This document shows, one piece after another, positions 52,117 to 64,000 of a DNA stretch of 64,000 nucleotides; position 1 is the stretch's first letter; every line of letters begins with the position of its first letter. The notes under the pieces were generated by a model. It searched no databases. It saw only the letters and a list, made by a program, of their open reading frames with translations, and was not told the origin of the DNA. Position numbers and translations under genes: made by a program. Location of the stretch: positions 1,345,796 through 1,409,795 of the forward strand of contig NMRA01000029.1 of the NCBI GenBank assembly GCA_002633005.1, in the 5' to 3' direction. The stretch comes from Phoronis australis (lineage: Eukaryota > Animalia > Phoronida).

Positions 52117-52519
52117 CTAGAATGAGCAAGGAGGTCTTAAGACACCTCGTACTCCCGTTTCCATTGTTTGTTCTCGAAACAACTCAAAAATAGCAAATAC
52201 ATTCCAAGCGAAGGTCCTATCAGCAGGAAAATCAATTAAATGAGATCAGCTTCTGCGGGGAAACCCGCGATCCCAATTTTACACTTTCCTGGGGTGCCGC
52301 TTAATAAATGCCAGAATATTTTAAGCGCTTTTAACTAAAAGCCACCGACCCTGAATTCAGCGAATGTCTGAAAGAATTGGCAAGTTGCACTAAAATCATT
52401 AGAAACAAAGCGGAGTTTTCAGATATGTACTGAAGCTCCGCTAATCAAAACCAACGACCGCACAAAGTCCACCTCTCCCAGTCATGATCGCATCAGCCAT
52501 AAATACGGGCAATGCCCCT

Positions 52520-53095
52520 TTAAAGGCAAAGGCAACTTTTTTTCATGTCATTTTTAGAAAAAATAAGGTTCATTGATTATCCCAGACACATTTTTCACTT
52601 ATTTACTGCTTTTCGTAATTTAATTAATTACTCGTCGTCTACTCCAGAAGTGACGTTTTGGGAGGCAAGAATTTCGCGCCAATTTCTTTTCGTTATAGTG
52701 TGACTGTGAGAGCTGTCGAGTCAATCATTGTTCTACCTCGGTTGTGATAAGTTCGGTCGTCGTTTGCTTTTGTTTACAAGTCAGTCAACATCCCACACTG
52801 TTGCTGCGTGCCGGGATGTACTCATTATAGTCTCACACGCGCTTTGGGTACCTTGCGTTGCTTTCCGAAGGATGACACACTACTTCGCCGTACTTGGCTA
52901 GCTCGTTTATGTGAAGAACGCAGCGCTACCCGTCCACGCAACGTACAAAGCAGTGGAGGGTTACCGAGTGTGTGGCAAGCATTTTCTGCCGTCAGATTAT
53001 GACAGATATGTACACTGAATTGATGAAGGTCCCTGGTTTTTAATCTTTCAGATCAATGACAAATCAACTATTAGTCCCGGCAGTCCCTACTGCAC
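52520..53095 (+). mobile_element. Kolobok-like transposon 5' part with frameshifted THAP domain
   Basis: TTAA-AGGCAAAGGCAAC terminus; CCCVPGC...FPKD..LRRTWL...(frameshift)YRVCGKHF...PAVPT is the complete THAP signature including AVPT. Confidence 0.75.
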
Positions 53096-53375
53096 CAGGA
53101 CTTAAGCTATGCAATTGATGTTAGTATTCATGATGAACAAATAAAAACAGAGGTGATAGCAAAATGCAATGAGCCACCACTGTCGAATATATCTTCAACT
53201 CGTCAACAATACGAACAGATGACCTGGTTTGTGTAGAAAGCATTTTTATCAACAATTTACAATAGGAAACGTAACGCTGCATATAGTACAATACCTAATC
53301 CGTAACACTGTGATCACGGCAATTTGGTCATATTTACTTTCATGTTTCGAACCTAGTTTTCCGAAAAACACTTAC

Positions 53376-53463
53376 ACCCTTTCGTTAGACAACTTTTTGG
53401 TGCAATGTCAACTTCCGTTTTGTTTATCGCAGTGAGCCCCGTTTCTGATTTTAATGTCCGCCA
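53376..53463 (-). CDS. Gene C putative small exon (phase 0-1)
   Basis: ttcaag|TGG...GGG T|gtaagt; WRTLKSETGLTAINKTEVDIAPKSCLTKG; frame-compatible with both flanking exons. Confidence 0.45.
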
Positions 53464-53590
53464 CTTGAATTACGTCTATACATATAGGTTCTGATCTGCC
53501 ATGTGAACGGTGTGGGGAAAGTATTTAACAGTCTGCCAAAAATGAAGGAAACTTAAGAATTCGAAGCGTGTTGGATAATTATAAACTTAC

Positions 53591-53715
53591 CTCGATTGGA
53601 GTAGACGAAGTAAGATCGCACTCGACATTATTCGTTCGGTCTTCGTTGATACGCGGAATAATGTCTCGTGGGATATTACTCCATGTGCGACACTCTCGGT
53701 ACGTTTTGTGTATTT
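53591..53715 (-). CDS. Gene C putative exon (phase 1-0), Cys-containing, possibly a divergent FTP C-half
   Basis: ctgtag|AA...GAG|gtaagt with strong splice sites; open frame EIHKTYRECRTW...NNVECDLTSSTPIE. Confidence 0.5.
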
Positions 53716-55114
53716 CTACAGAAATAATGCGGGGATGTACATTCCAATTGCTCGAAAATCAAGCTGTTCAAGCGAACTTATTCATTCAAATATTCAAAAA
53801 GTATAAAGAAGTGAAATATATTCGGTAAAACTGTTAATGGTTTCTAAATATCGTACTAGAATTCTATATGATTAGAATTTGGACGCTCAACAAGAATCAT
53901 TTCCCTCATTCCTCTGAATTACGTCCTCTTCAAACATTCATTGCTATCACAGGCGCTCGAGGTTCCTGATGACTCATAACAATATATAAGAAACATAAAG
54001 ATTGGACACTAAAAGTAAAACTTTGACGAGTCGAGGCTCCCAACTTCAACTGTCCCAAATCCAAACAAAATCTGCGTGTATCTCCCTCAGACCAGTATTG
54101 CCAAACCTTCGAAGCCTTATCTTTCCTTGATTTTATAAAATTATCCGTGTGCCTGGTGAATTTGCGACGAAATTTTCAAAACAATCTCAAAACTCGGAAT
54201 TCAAGGACCCAAAATAGTTAACATGGTGGATTCCAGTTGTGCTTTAACTTGTACGCCTGTCGAAGATAAAATTTCGAGTTTGAACAACCACTTCTATATA
54301 GATGTCAAGAAATTTATCACCAATTTAAATGATTGAGGTTACTAAAAATCCTTTCATTTCTGTGTTATGTGTTTCTTCTTATAGTTCATTTTATCACTTA
54401 TTGTAGAATTTAATTGCACGAACGGGCGTATCTTGTGTTTGATTTCGACATTATGTGCTCTTTTTTGTTGTAGCACAACGAAAGCACGGGTTTTGGTGGA
54501 AATTTCCGATGTTTTACAGCACGCTTAGTCGTGGTAAATCACCAATCGGCAATTACCGGATTTTGCAGTAGGCCAGCTCTTCAATTATAAACAACATAAT
54601 TTTTCATAACCAGAGTTCTACTACATTCAAACTGATGCTAAATTATGTGGACACTCAGATAACATTCGTGGGCGCGCGAAAACAGAGCTTCGGAATTGCT
54701 TCGGGTACGTTCACCAAAAACCCAGATGCTCGAAAGTCGTCTGCCATAGTCTATGCTGCCATGAATCTCTTACGTCACGAAATAAGGTCCTTAAATTTGT
54801 GATTTTGGTCTTTATTTGTTATTTTTGTCGTCAAAATAGCACTCGAAGACAATTTTGAAGTGACCAAGTGAAAGAAGGTATTCAAATATTTGTTCGATGG
54901 AGATACCGCAGAGTTCCATGCTCATTTGAATAGACAGTTCTGAGAAAACAGATTTTGAGTGTCCAACCTTTGTGTTTACTTAGTTGTGAGTGACGTCAGT
55001 CGTGATCGATGAATATAAACCCAGGCGCTTCGGATTACTATGGACCTTCAGCTCTCAGCTAAGTATTTGCTACAGAAAACTTACTATATAATTGTAAAAC
55101 TGCATTCTACTCAC

Positions 55115-55184
55115 CACTTTTGGACCTGGTAGAAGACCCGTCCGCGGTGACATCAAGGACAAATATTAACAAGTGGAAACCAAC
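55115..55184 (-). CDS. Gene C putative exon encoding the signal peptide C-half
   Basis: gttcag|GTT...AGT G|gtgagt; VGFHLLIFVLDVTADGSSTRSKS, hydrophobic stretch followed by a VTA cleavage-like site. Confidence 0.5.
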
Positions 55185-56639
55185 CTGAACAATTTTATAG
55201 TTTTTTGCAAGCATTCGATTTGCTAACGTTAAGGAATTAAATGCACGTGAGGAAATGAATCAAATACGTGCTGTGTACAAAATAACAGCATGCCAACCGA
55301 TTGTTTAAGCTGCTACGAGAGTTCAATTGAGTGCCACAGGTTAGACATGTACTATAGAGAAATATCTTACCAAATAACAAGGTTTTGAAAGTTCACTTTT
55401 GGTCCCATTTTAGACAAAAAAAAAACCATTCCGATTTTTTGTGTTTTAGAGATCTACTTTCCACGAAAGCGGTCACGCTCAAACGGAATGCGCTCTGAAG
55501 TCACGTTCAAGCAACTTCTTTTCCGCTACCGATTTTCTGGAAACTTTCCACAACACTCTGTCCTAAAACCACAGAACGATTGCCTGTTTGCCTCAAAAAT
55601 CACAACTTAGTCCAACAAAGCCCCTTCTGCCACTCTGTCTCAGGATACTCGGTAAAACATTAAACTTGCGCTGCTGAAAGTACACTCGATGGAGTTTCTC
55701 ACGGATGGAGAAGTCAAACGAAGTCGTGGCCTTTGGTATGGACACCGGAAAAAAATATAGAGGTAAAAAATATCCAAAAACTTGCAAACATGTTATTTTT
55801 CTTCCCAAATTCAGGACTGTCCCGGTCGTACTGCGGAGACAATGTTCCAAACGCTTTGACTCCAAAATTCCAGGAATCTAAACTAAAATAATCCGTTGCA
55901 CACCAAGGTTTTCTATTTGTCAGAACGGGATATGTTTTAACAACAAACATATGGGCCTCAATGCCGGGATTTACAGGATGGCACCGTTAAACCTTAGAGC
56001 GTAAGTCTCAGGGAACTTTTTTGTTCTAAACTTCAGCTAACTAATAAATACACTTAGCATTCGCGACAATCACTCCGGCCTAATTTAGTCCACAAAATAG
56101 CCGTCAAGCCTGTCTCAGTCTATTTCTTTCATTTTGGGAGAGCAACAGGCTGTAGACATTTTACTCGACTGAACACCTCCAATAACTCCGCAAATTTTGC
56201 CTTCGAACGATATGTTTTTAAGCTTCCGAATAAATGTCCTCATGAACGGACCTATTTTGTAAGCACGTATAAATAGATATCGCGGCCGGCTTGTGCAAAA
56301 ATATATAGGAATCACACCATAGAGTTGTAGGCCATTACTTCGCCTGTGGACGCTACTGGCTGCTGATTCTGCCGTTCTCTAGATAATCAGAACAATCATA
56401 ACACACTGGGGCTACAATAGTAGTTTCAATTTTTTGTTTTGGAAGTTTTTAGGCACACCTGAAGTACTCGTGAAAAGTACACTTAGTAAGGTCGGAAGCG
56501 AAAGGTGTCTTTTACAACCTAAAGCTTTTGGACAATGTTGCCAGCATTCTGCTTCTGATTAATTCTGCCGGTTTAGGTAACATAAATGGGCCAAACAAGC
56601 AGGCAGCAGGTGGAAATTGAGATAAGACAAGTGTCATCG

Positions 56640-56925
56640 TCCAACTTTTGACTTGGAAATTGCGAAAGTTTTGCCTGTACACAGAGGAAATGGGGAACAC
56701 AATATTGCCAACTACATGCTCGTCTCTCTACACGCTCTCATCTCAAAACTATTTGAAAAAATTACACTTGGGTCTATCTGATGACTACCGCACTACAAAG
56801 AATATCTTACAAATGTAAGTAGTTTTCACTAGAGATTGATCGCTACATATTTTCCAACATATATTTTCCAACATATGAACTAACCAATAACAATATCTGT
56901 AGACCTTTCAAAAGCCTTGATGGTA
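56640..56925 (+). mobile_element. LINE reverse transcriptase fragment (CR1/L2-like)
   Basis: AKVLPVHRG...ANY..VSL...ISKLFEKI and VDLSKA.D remnants. Confidence 0.6.
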
Positions 56926-57059
56926 TCTTGCTAGACGAAGAGACGAAAAGAGTCAATCCGCATATAATGTCAGAAATGTAAAATAGGTGACTCACTGTTT
57001 CACGAGACTCTGCTATGCTTGTTGCGTAGGGAACTGGAAAGACTGGTAATGGGATATGG

Positions 57060-57200
57060 AAATTATGGCAAATGGTGAATTCTTTGTATAAACTTGTTGG
57101 AGCGCAGAATGAAAGTCCCCGACTGAGCAAGCTCTTGCTGTGCGCAGACACCGACAACGTGACTGAAGAATCAACTTAATTGCAGTCAGGGCGTGATATG
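57060..57200 (-). mobile_element. Penelope-like RT N-terminal fragment
   Basis: KSLLSRGLSFCAPT resembles the PLE motif SLLSKGLxFCPT. Confidence 0.5.
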
Positions 57201-57999
57201 TCACCAGTCTGGAAGATAACAGCGATCGCTGCTTAATTAATGTAGGTTTCTTTAATTCTCACATTTAGAAGCAAGCTCTTGTCCACGCCGGCTGACAATG
57301 ACATGGCCTGTTCTTATTCAATGTCGCACATGCGCAGATACAAAGCAGCCAGCCGGGGGATGATATCGCCACTACGTATATCCCGTGATCCTGATGGGTT
57401 AATGTGTCCTAGAAAGAAAACTTTTGCCAGTGACGCATATCAGCCAAAATTCTCGCTTCTAAATTTTCAGACACAGAACAAGAAATTAAGTTTCTCATCA
57501 GAAGTCAAAGTGCTTGTATATGTTGGTCGGCGTTCAAGAATAGCTAAATCATACATGTACGTGAAGCCAGGTCATGCTATAAAAAATCATTGGAAATTTG
57601 ATCAATTCGACAGCCCACTCCGTTCTTCGCTCATGTTAGTGTCTGTGTGTATACTGTAGGACCGAACGGGCGCGCAGTCTTTTGCTATTCAGATACTGAC
57701 CTATTTTGTGAACGTTTCCACAGTTCCATTTTAATTTCAACGAAGTAGGCGTGGCTTTATAGAGACAAGGTTAATCAGTGACGACATGACATTGTAAAGT
57801 GGTCGCTTCCTTTTTTAATCAGAGTATATAAAACTAGAATTTGTTTACACCTATTCAAAAAACTGTCTGCTAGTGAGTTGTTTAATTGTCCTGGAAACAT
57901 TTATGATAATAGCGAAACTTTATATGACGAGTTTTATGCAGGTTCTCACTCTTTTGTTGAACATTTAGTACGACTGATAATTCATGGTCAACAACTCAA

Positions 58000-60330
58000 G
58001 ACATAGAGGAACTGAATGCTGTTGCCTGTAGCTGAATTAAATTTTGATCTTAGCAGATGAAGACCGGAAATTCTGTGAGACAGGGTGGGATACCTTTGGA
58101 GTTTTATAAATTTTGTTGAAAGTTTTTAGATTAAATATAATCATATTTGGATAGTGACACTTTTCCCCGGCGCTCAGTAGACTAGGGGTGTCATAATACC
58201 ACTGTACAAAAGTGGCTCAAAAGACTTTGCTAGCAACTACACTGTACTGAACTTTTGGATGTTGCCAGGATTTTTTTTCTAAATTGGTTTGCATTCGTCT
58301 AAACAGGGGGATAAAAGAGAAAGAAACAATGTGTGAACATCAAGCAGGCTTTAGAAAAATTACACCAGTGTTGATATTTTTGTATTGCGCAAATTAATAA
58401 CTAAATTTGTTGAGAGACAGGGGAAGGTTTTACTGTATCTTTGTCGATTTCAAGAAAGCCTTCGACTGGTTTGGAGAGATGGTTTAAATCATTACGGCGT
58501 TTTCACGTTGCTCCCAACTTGTCCAATTCTATAGCACAACAACAAGTTGGGAAATTTACCCCCGTAGCCAATATCTTACACGACTGGTTAACTCCATTAT
58601 GACATTCAGGGTTGGAGGGCCAGCTCTCTTTTGTTCGATTATTGCTCTAATCGTCAAAAAGATCGCATCTAGCCTGACTGGGCTGTGCTGTTAAAAATAA
58701 AAGTTAACTTATAACATATTTGAACATAAATCAATAGCATTTCTAAAATGCCTCGTCTAATGGTGATCGTGTTCATTTTTTTTTGAATCGGTCAAAATCG
58801 CCCAACTGCAACCGAAGTTACGACAATCTATTCTTTCTGAATGTACCAATTGGCTCTGGATTTGAAGGTGCTCGCACGTGGTCTGTAATAAATCTGTTAG
58901 ATAATTGGCCTGCCTGTTGTCATAAAAGACAAAAGACTTTGCTTGGAAGTTAACAAAGAAGCTAAATATGTTATCACACGCTCAGAATCCCCTTCGTCTG
59001 ATAAAGACACTGAACGGGAAAACGCTGTCATGTATAAGCTCCTGCGCTATAATATTACTGGAAAATGTACAGCCTATTAAGTGAAATGTATAAACAATGT
59101 TAAATCATGTGTGTCTTTGAACCAAGACGGAGAGATTACCGAGTATTTTGATTGTTTTTAGGAGTTCGCTAGGATTGCCCGCTATCCTCGCTTTTATTTT
59201 CATTGTTTATAAACGATCTTGAATATGAGTTACAAGCAAGGTACATGTGTAACTCCACAACGGGTGTATCAATTGGCATTTAAACTGATTGCCGACGACT
59301 TAATAATATTTGCAAACACAGCAGTGAATTTGCAAAGATCGATAAAAAATCTTGAAATATTTTGTAGAAAATGGGAACTGGTCATTAATATGTCCAAAAT
59401 GAAAGTTATGGTATTTTGAAGAGGCGGTTATATGAGGAGTTACGAAAATGGTTTTTAAATAGAAATAATTTTAGTGGTATCTAGCTATAAACGCCTTGGC
59501 ATTCACTTTACTGTGAAAAATGAGTGGTCGAAGACTAAAAAAATCTAGTAGCAGATCAAGCATCCAAAGCTTTATTTATATTAAAAAAAACAAACGAATT
59601 TTACACACGCCTCAGTTTGAAGAGGTACCGGTTATCTCCTGAATGCATATTTTTGATTGTAAATATTACTATATAGTGCGGAGATATGGTGTTTTCATCC
59701 CGCAGCGTTTTGTAATTTTTATTGTGTCTTGGGCAAAATGTTCCAAACGTCCACCGGAGAACTGGGAAAAATGCTATGTCATCATTACAATTTCCTAGGA
59801 TAATTAAATGCTGGTTACAATTGGTTAAAGATGGTGAAAATGGGTATACGAACATTTGTTATAATTATCAATGCGATATAGGTGAACGAAATGTCATCTG
59901 TTGGTCGTTGTGTGTTTAAGAGTTATTGGTCTGGTCGGGATCTGGCATCGTTTGGAAAATGCAGTCTGTTGGTAACGATCGAGTATGTATAATTTTTGAG
60001 TGAGTATAAGCAACGGAATTTAGACAAAGCCGGGCAGCAGTGGCAGAAGGCATTATTAGAAGTTAGTAAATTAGATACTTATGGAATACGTAAGCAGCAC
60101 TTTATTCTGGAAACCTATGTCACAAATGTAAAAAGCAGAACGTATTTGAAGCTTTTGGCAAAATTCAGCTGTTCTATCCACAAGCTACATGTAAAAGTAG
60201 AAATCGGAAGACGTGAAAACTCCTAGAGAGAATAGACTATGCACTATTTGATCTCCATGTTGTGAAAGATATCATATTTTTTCGAGTGCCTACTTACTGA
60301 CCACTTAAAACAACTTTCAATAATTTGAAC
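58000..60330 (+). mobile_element. Degraded LINE (non-LTR retrotransposon) RT region interrupted by a MITE
   Basis: GVIIPLYKSG...NY, EHQAGFR, FVDFKKAFD (58441), GVR*DCPLS..LFSLFINDL, ADDLIIF, LVINMSK.KVMVF, KL.VEIGR; many stops and frameshifts. Confidence 0.85.
58490..59032. mobile_element. MITE copy 3, inserted in the LINE
   Basis: Full-length homolog of 18126-18667; splits the LINE RDGL..YKLL motif. Confidence 0.85.
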
Positions 60331-60694
60331 TGTGTAGCCTATTTACTCTCAAAAACATAAAGTTGAAATGCAACATTATAAATTTAGCTCAGTATTTGTT
60401 TGCTGCTGGTAGAAGAGACGATGTACATGTAAATACGTAACTTTGTATAATTGAAACTATGTATATGGACTTGAGGTCTTTGTAGAAATCAACTGTTTCA
60501 ATAAGACTTTCTGATGGGCATGTACCTACCCTAAACGACCGACTGCGCGTTATTGCAAAACTGCACTTCCCCGGTGTCATCAAGTGGCGTATGCGTTGTA
60601 GGTGGAAAGTTTTTCGCACAGTCGTCCTATAACTACAGTGGCCTGACTTGAGTGTTAGACACACCGCTTGCCAACCGACGGTACCATGAATATC

Positions 60695-60914
60695 CATGCG
60701 CGCACCCGGGGAGGGGCGAAGTGGGCAACAAGGTCCGCCTCAGACAAACAAAAAGTCCGAAAAACAAGACAACAGTCCACCAAAAAGGCAGGAACTACCA
60801 AAATTCGAAATTCGGCTTACGCAGAATTCACAGCTCCAAACGTTCTTTTAGTAAAAAGCTCCACATTCTCAAAAACTCGAGCCCCCCCTACTTTTTAGGC
60901 TGGGTGCGCGCATC
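60695..60914. mobile_element. MITE with CATGCGCGCACCC...GGGTGCGCGCAT termini
   Basis: TIR visible; near-TSD atatc/atatt. Confidence 0.6.
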
Positions 60915-62249
60915 ATATTCTACCTTTTTTAGAATTGAGTTCAGATAAACAAGTGACTGTCACTAGACCAAAGCCCGGTTTAGTATCATTTTCACTTTTA
61001 GAATCTTGACACTCAACATTCGTCAGTCAAGTTTCCATCCACTGTTACCAATATGTAAACAAGCACTATGAAGTGACACTGAGGCTTGTGATGGCACAAG
61101 GCATTGAAAATATGAAAAAATAACAACTACTTAACGAGGCAAGCTAAATCATTTTATTAGAAATTGTCACAAAAATCAACGTATTGCACAACAAATACTC
61201 GCTGGAGGTTAGAGGCACCTAAAACGTACACTAGAACTGTGTAGATGACTGCCAAGATGGATAAACAAAACACAGTTGTGCCTTTAATAAAACTAGTTTA
61301 GACTTCACCAGGAATAGTGGACAATCCTTTGTCACGTCTAGAATTAAACTTGAAGTACTACTATCCATTTTCATTTCCTACAAACTTCACACCTATGAAT
61401 GGGCAGTAAACCTGGTGCCTTCTGACAAGAAACTATTGATTTAGGCCACGAACCAACGTGAAATCGGTATCACAAGCTTCCCTAATCACAAACGACATCT
61501 ATGCTCCAGTAAAAAAGGACAGGTAGTTATTGCTTTTCGCTAGGCCATAAAGTTTCTTGTTACCACAAGTTACGAGTAGTTTCAGTTGCCACTGCGATGG
61601 TGACAGGAGAATTCCAGGTCACAATGAAACTTATTTAACTTATTTGTCAATTCAACAAAGCATTTTTTGGAAGAAAAAAATACAACTGCACTGTGAAGAA
61701 AGTTTATGATAGCAGAATACAGTTGACAATGGCTTTAAGTAATCACAAAACACTTTTCCACCAAAGAACAAAAATTGCAGACTCTTGTTTAACCCTGGCT
61801 GCCCACACTTGACAAATGTACCCGTGTTAAAGCCATACAAAATGTTTTCAAATATTCCCCAGTATCGACACATTCAGGAAGAAACTAACATTTATCACAA
61901 AATTTCACACAGAAACGCTTAACATCACTCTGAGATTTCACAACTTAAAAATGGAAGTACACCCACGTATCGCAAAGTCTCACCAATTTCGAACAAAAAT
62001 ATGTGCCAAAAATGCTCTTTTTATTTTAAAAACGAGAATGCCCACAATTTCACCGAGTTATTGTCTGAAGGCAGATGTGGTACAGAACTTAAGAGTGGTA
62101 TAGCATTTACAATTCCATTTGTCGGCCATATTACGTCCTAAGCTGGAGATATTTTTACCCAGCAGCATCAGTCATATACTTCCAACTCAGACTCGGTGGG
62201 AAACTGGTGCTAAATTATGAGCAGAACGGTGTTCATATTGGCTTCAAAC

Positions 62250-62309
62250 GTCTTAAGTAACAAGATATTCTATCCATTCGTCTTAAGTAACAAGATATTC
62301 TATCCATTC
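62250..62309. repeat. Perfect 30-bp tandem duplication
   Basis: gtcttaagtaacaagatattctatccattc repeated twice. Confidence 0.9.
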
Positions 62310-64000
62310 AGGACCTACGTCAAAAGCAACCACACCAACCGACAACAAAATGGCTGACCACCTAAACCATCCTTTGCAAGTTACACAGTACTAAGTTGGA
62401 CTATAGCAGTGGCTGCAATGAGGTGTGCCCATAACACATCTTAGTAAGACTACGCACTAAACAATCTGTAAGTACAGAAATTCATCACGTTTGTGAATTC
62501 ATTTCCACAAATTACAAGATAAATTGACTGAAACAAAACTGTGCTTCTCAGTTAACAGACCACTGTACCAACAAACAAGGTTGGAAGTGTATCGTTAATT
62601 AAAGCTTGCCTACCAATGCTCAACAAAAGCAGAACGGAAAATGAGGTCTAAACACCTAATGGTAATGGTCGGATAAAACCTGGCCACATTTGGAGAACCA
62701 GGTTTCTCCACAGAATAATGGGCATCAAACTGGTTCTCAAAATATGGCCACGTCATATCTGACTATTGCCCGCCTAATCACCATACATGGTGCTTGTTTA
62801 GTAGTCAGTGTACATATCGTGTAACCACTACACAACAATTACACAATACACAGACCGCATACTCTGTACACTATAATACACATGGGAGGAAATACTGCAG
62901 GGTTCCTGTCACTTCACAGAGCAGAAAGCTCCACTTTCCACCGCCTTACTTGTGCTCTGGCATGGTGTTGCAGTGGAGTTAGCTTAGCAGTCTGCTTCTT
63001 ACTGATATTGTCTGTGTTAAATAATCAACACTATACAATATCAGTGTGCTAAATGCAAACAATAATGAGAAGTCATGGAACAGACAGATGTAGGTCATCG
63101 ACAATAAGTGGTACAAAATGCCAAAAAATAACCACAACTAAGTGTAGTTAGATTATCAAAGGCAACTTTTCACATCTCATGGCTAGGACTACTGCACTGT
63201 GAGCTACCGAAGTTTGCCTGTACATAAATTCACCAACAAATGGCTAAGGGTCAAGCGACAGACACGGCAGGGCAGAGAAAGATTCAATTCATGCGAAGAC
63301 ATCCTGAGTAATTCGTTCACAATGTGGACACAGGGAATGATGGAATAAAACACCACTGGCTCCTGCTCAATTCTCCAAACTAAGACAACTTTGCATTTTC
63401 TACATAGCTTGCGTTCAGAAAAGTCACGTTCATCCTTTTGGCTTAACCGTGAGCACAGAGCCACAACTCCACTGAGAATGATTTCAAGCCAGAAAAAAAC
63501 AAAGCCACCAGTCCCAATCTCGACTTCACAGATTGGATCGAAAACCCTTACTTGTCCGTTTCTACGAAATAATTGTGAAAGTAATTGAGATAGTCGACAC
63601 AAAACATAAAGTCAATCTAGGTATAGGTGTGCAAGTATAATCCCGCGTCTCAAAAGAAGATCGCCTTCATTTCCACCACTCAATTACCAGTGAATCAGAA
63701 GACCAGGCAAACTGCTACAGAAGTTTTTTATGCTAATGAGATAAAATTAAAGAGTTTAGGATCTTGTAAATCTCTGGGTAGAGTAATAATTTAATACCTG
63801 AACATGTTTCATTCAAACAGAACTAAATATATTAATGTTAATATTAAGTAACTAGACTGGAGTTATTTACAACTGGCAAAAACAGAACTGTCCCACAAAA
63901 CAGCGTGGACACAACAGGCTCCCGTGGGCGACGCATATTCGCCACGGGAACAACAACAGTAAACGTCAACAATATTCTCTCTTGCTCTCCACCAGAGGTC

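Noticed and set aside
53390-53475. EGF-like NGAHCDKQNGS*HC reading with TGA at a Cys position (selenocysteine or pseudo-exon idea)
   Set aside because: Lacks the other EGF cysteines, and a different frame of the same segment is open and splice-compatible
61150-64000. Possible long 3' UTR of a neighbouring minus-strand gene (AATAAA on the minus strand near 61155) and ORF 63204-63602
   Set aside because: Only compositional hints and no recognisable coding exon in the window, so it is not reported as a feature

Overview
Eukaryotic (animal, probably marine invertebrate) genomic DNA, AT-rich and repeat-dense, with no prokaryotic features. It holds a minus-strand tandem array of three related multi-exon genes. 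Gene C (~55408->34960) and gene B (~26800->12736) are polycystin-1/REJ-like receptors. Gene A (6635->off the left edge) is visible only as its signal peptide and F-type lectin-like exons. Their ectodomains are built mostly from phase-1 exons (F-type lectin-like, kringle, 2 or 7 FN3). These are spliced onto one ~3.5-3.7 kb terminal exon encoding partial REJ, GAIN/GPS, TM1, PLAT and TM2-5. Both B and C stop just after TM5, so they lack the 6-TM TRP-like channel domain of canonical polycystin-1 proteins; this apparent channel-less 5-TM polycystin receptor family is the main finding. Introns and intergenic DNA contain an internally deleted Gypsy (Mag-like) LTR element nested in an inverted-repeat element, degraded LINE and Penelope-like fragments (one beside a hammerhead-like inverted repeat), THAP-bearing Kolobok-like remnants, several MITE families, tRNA-derived SINE-like pieces and two assembly-overlap duplications. 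All exon boundaries were read manually and are predictions.
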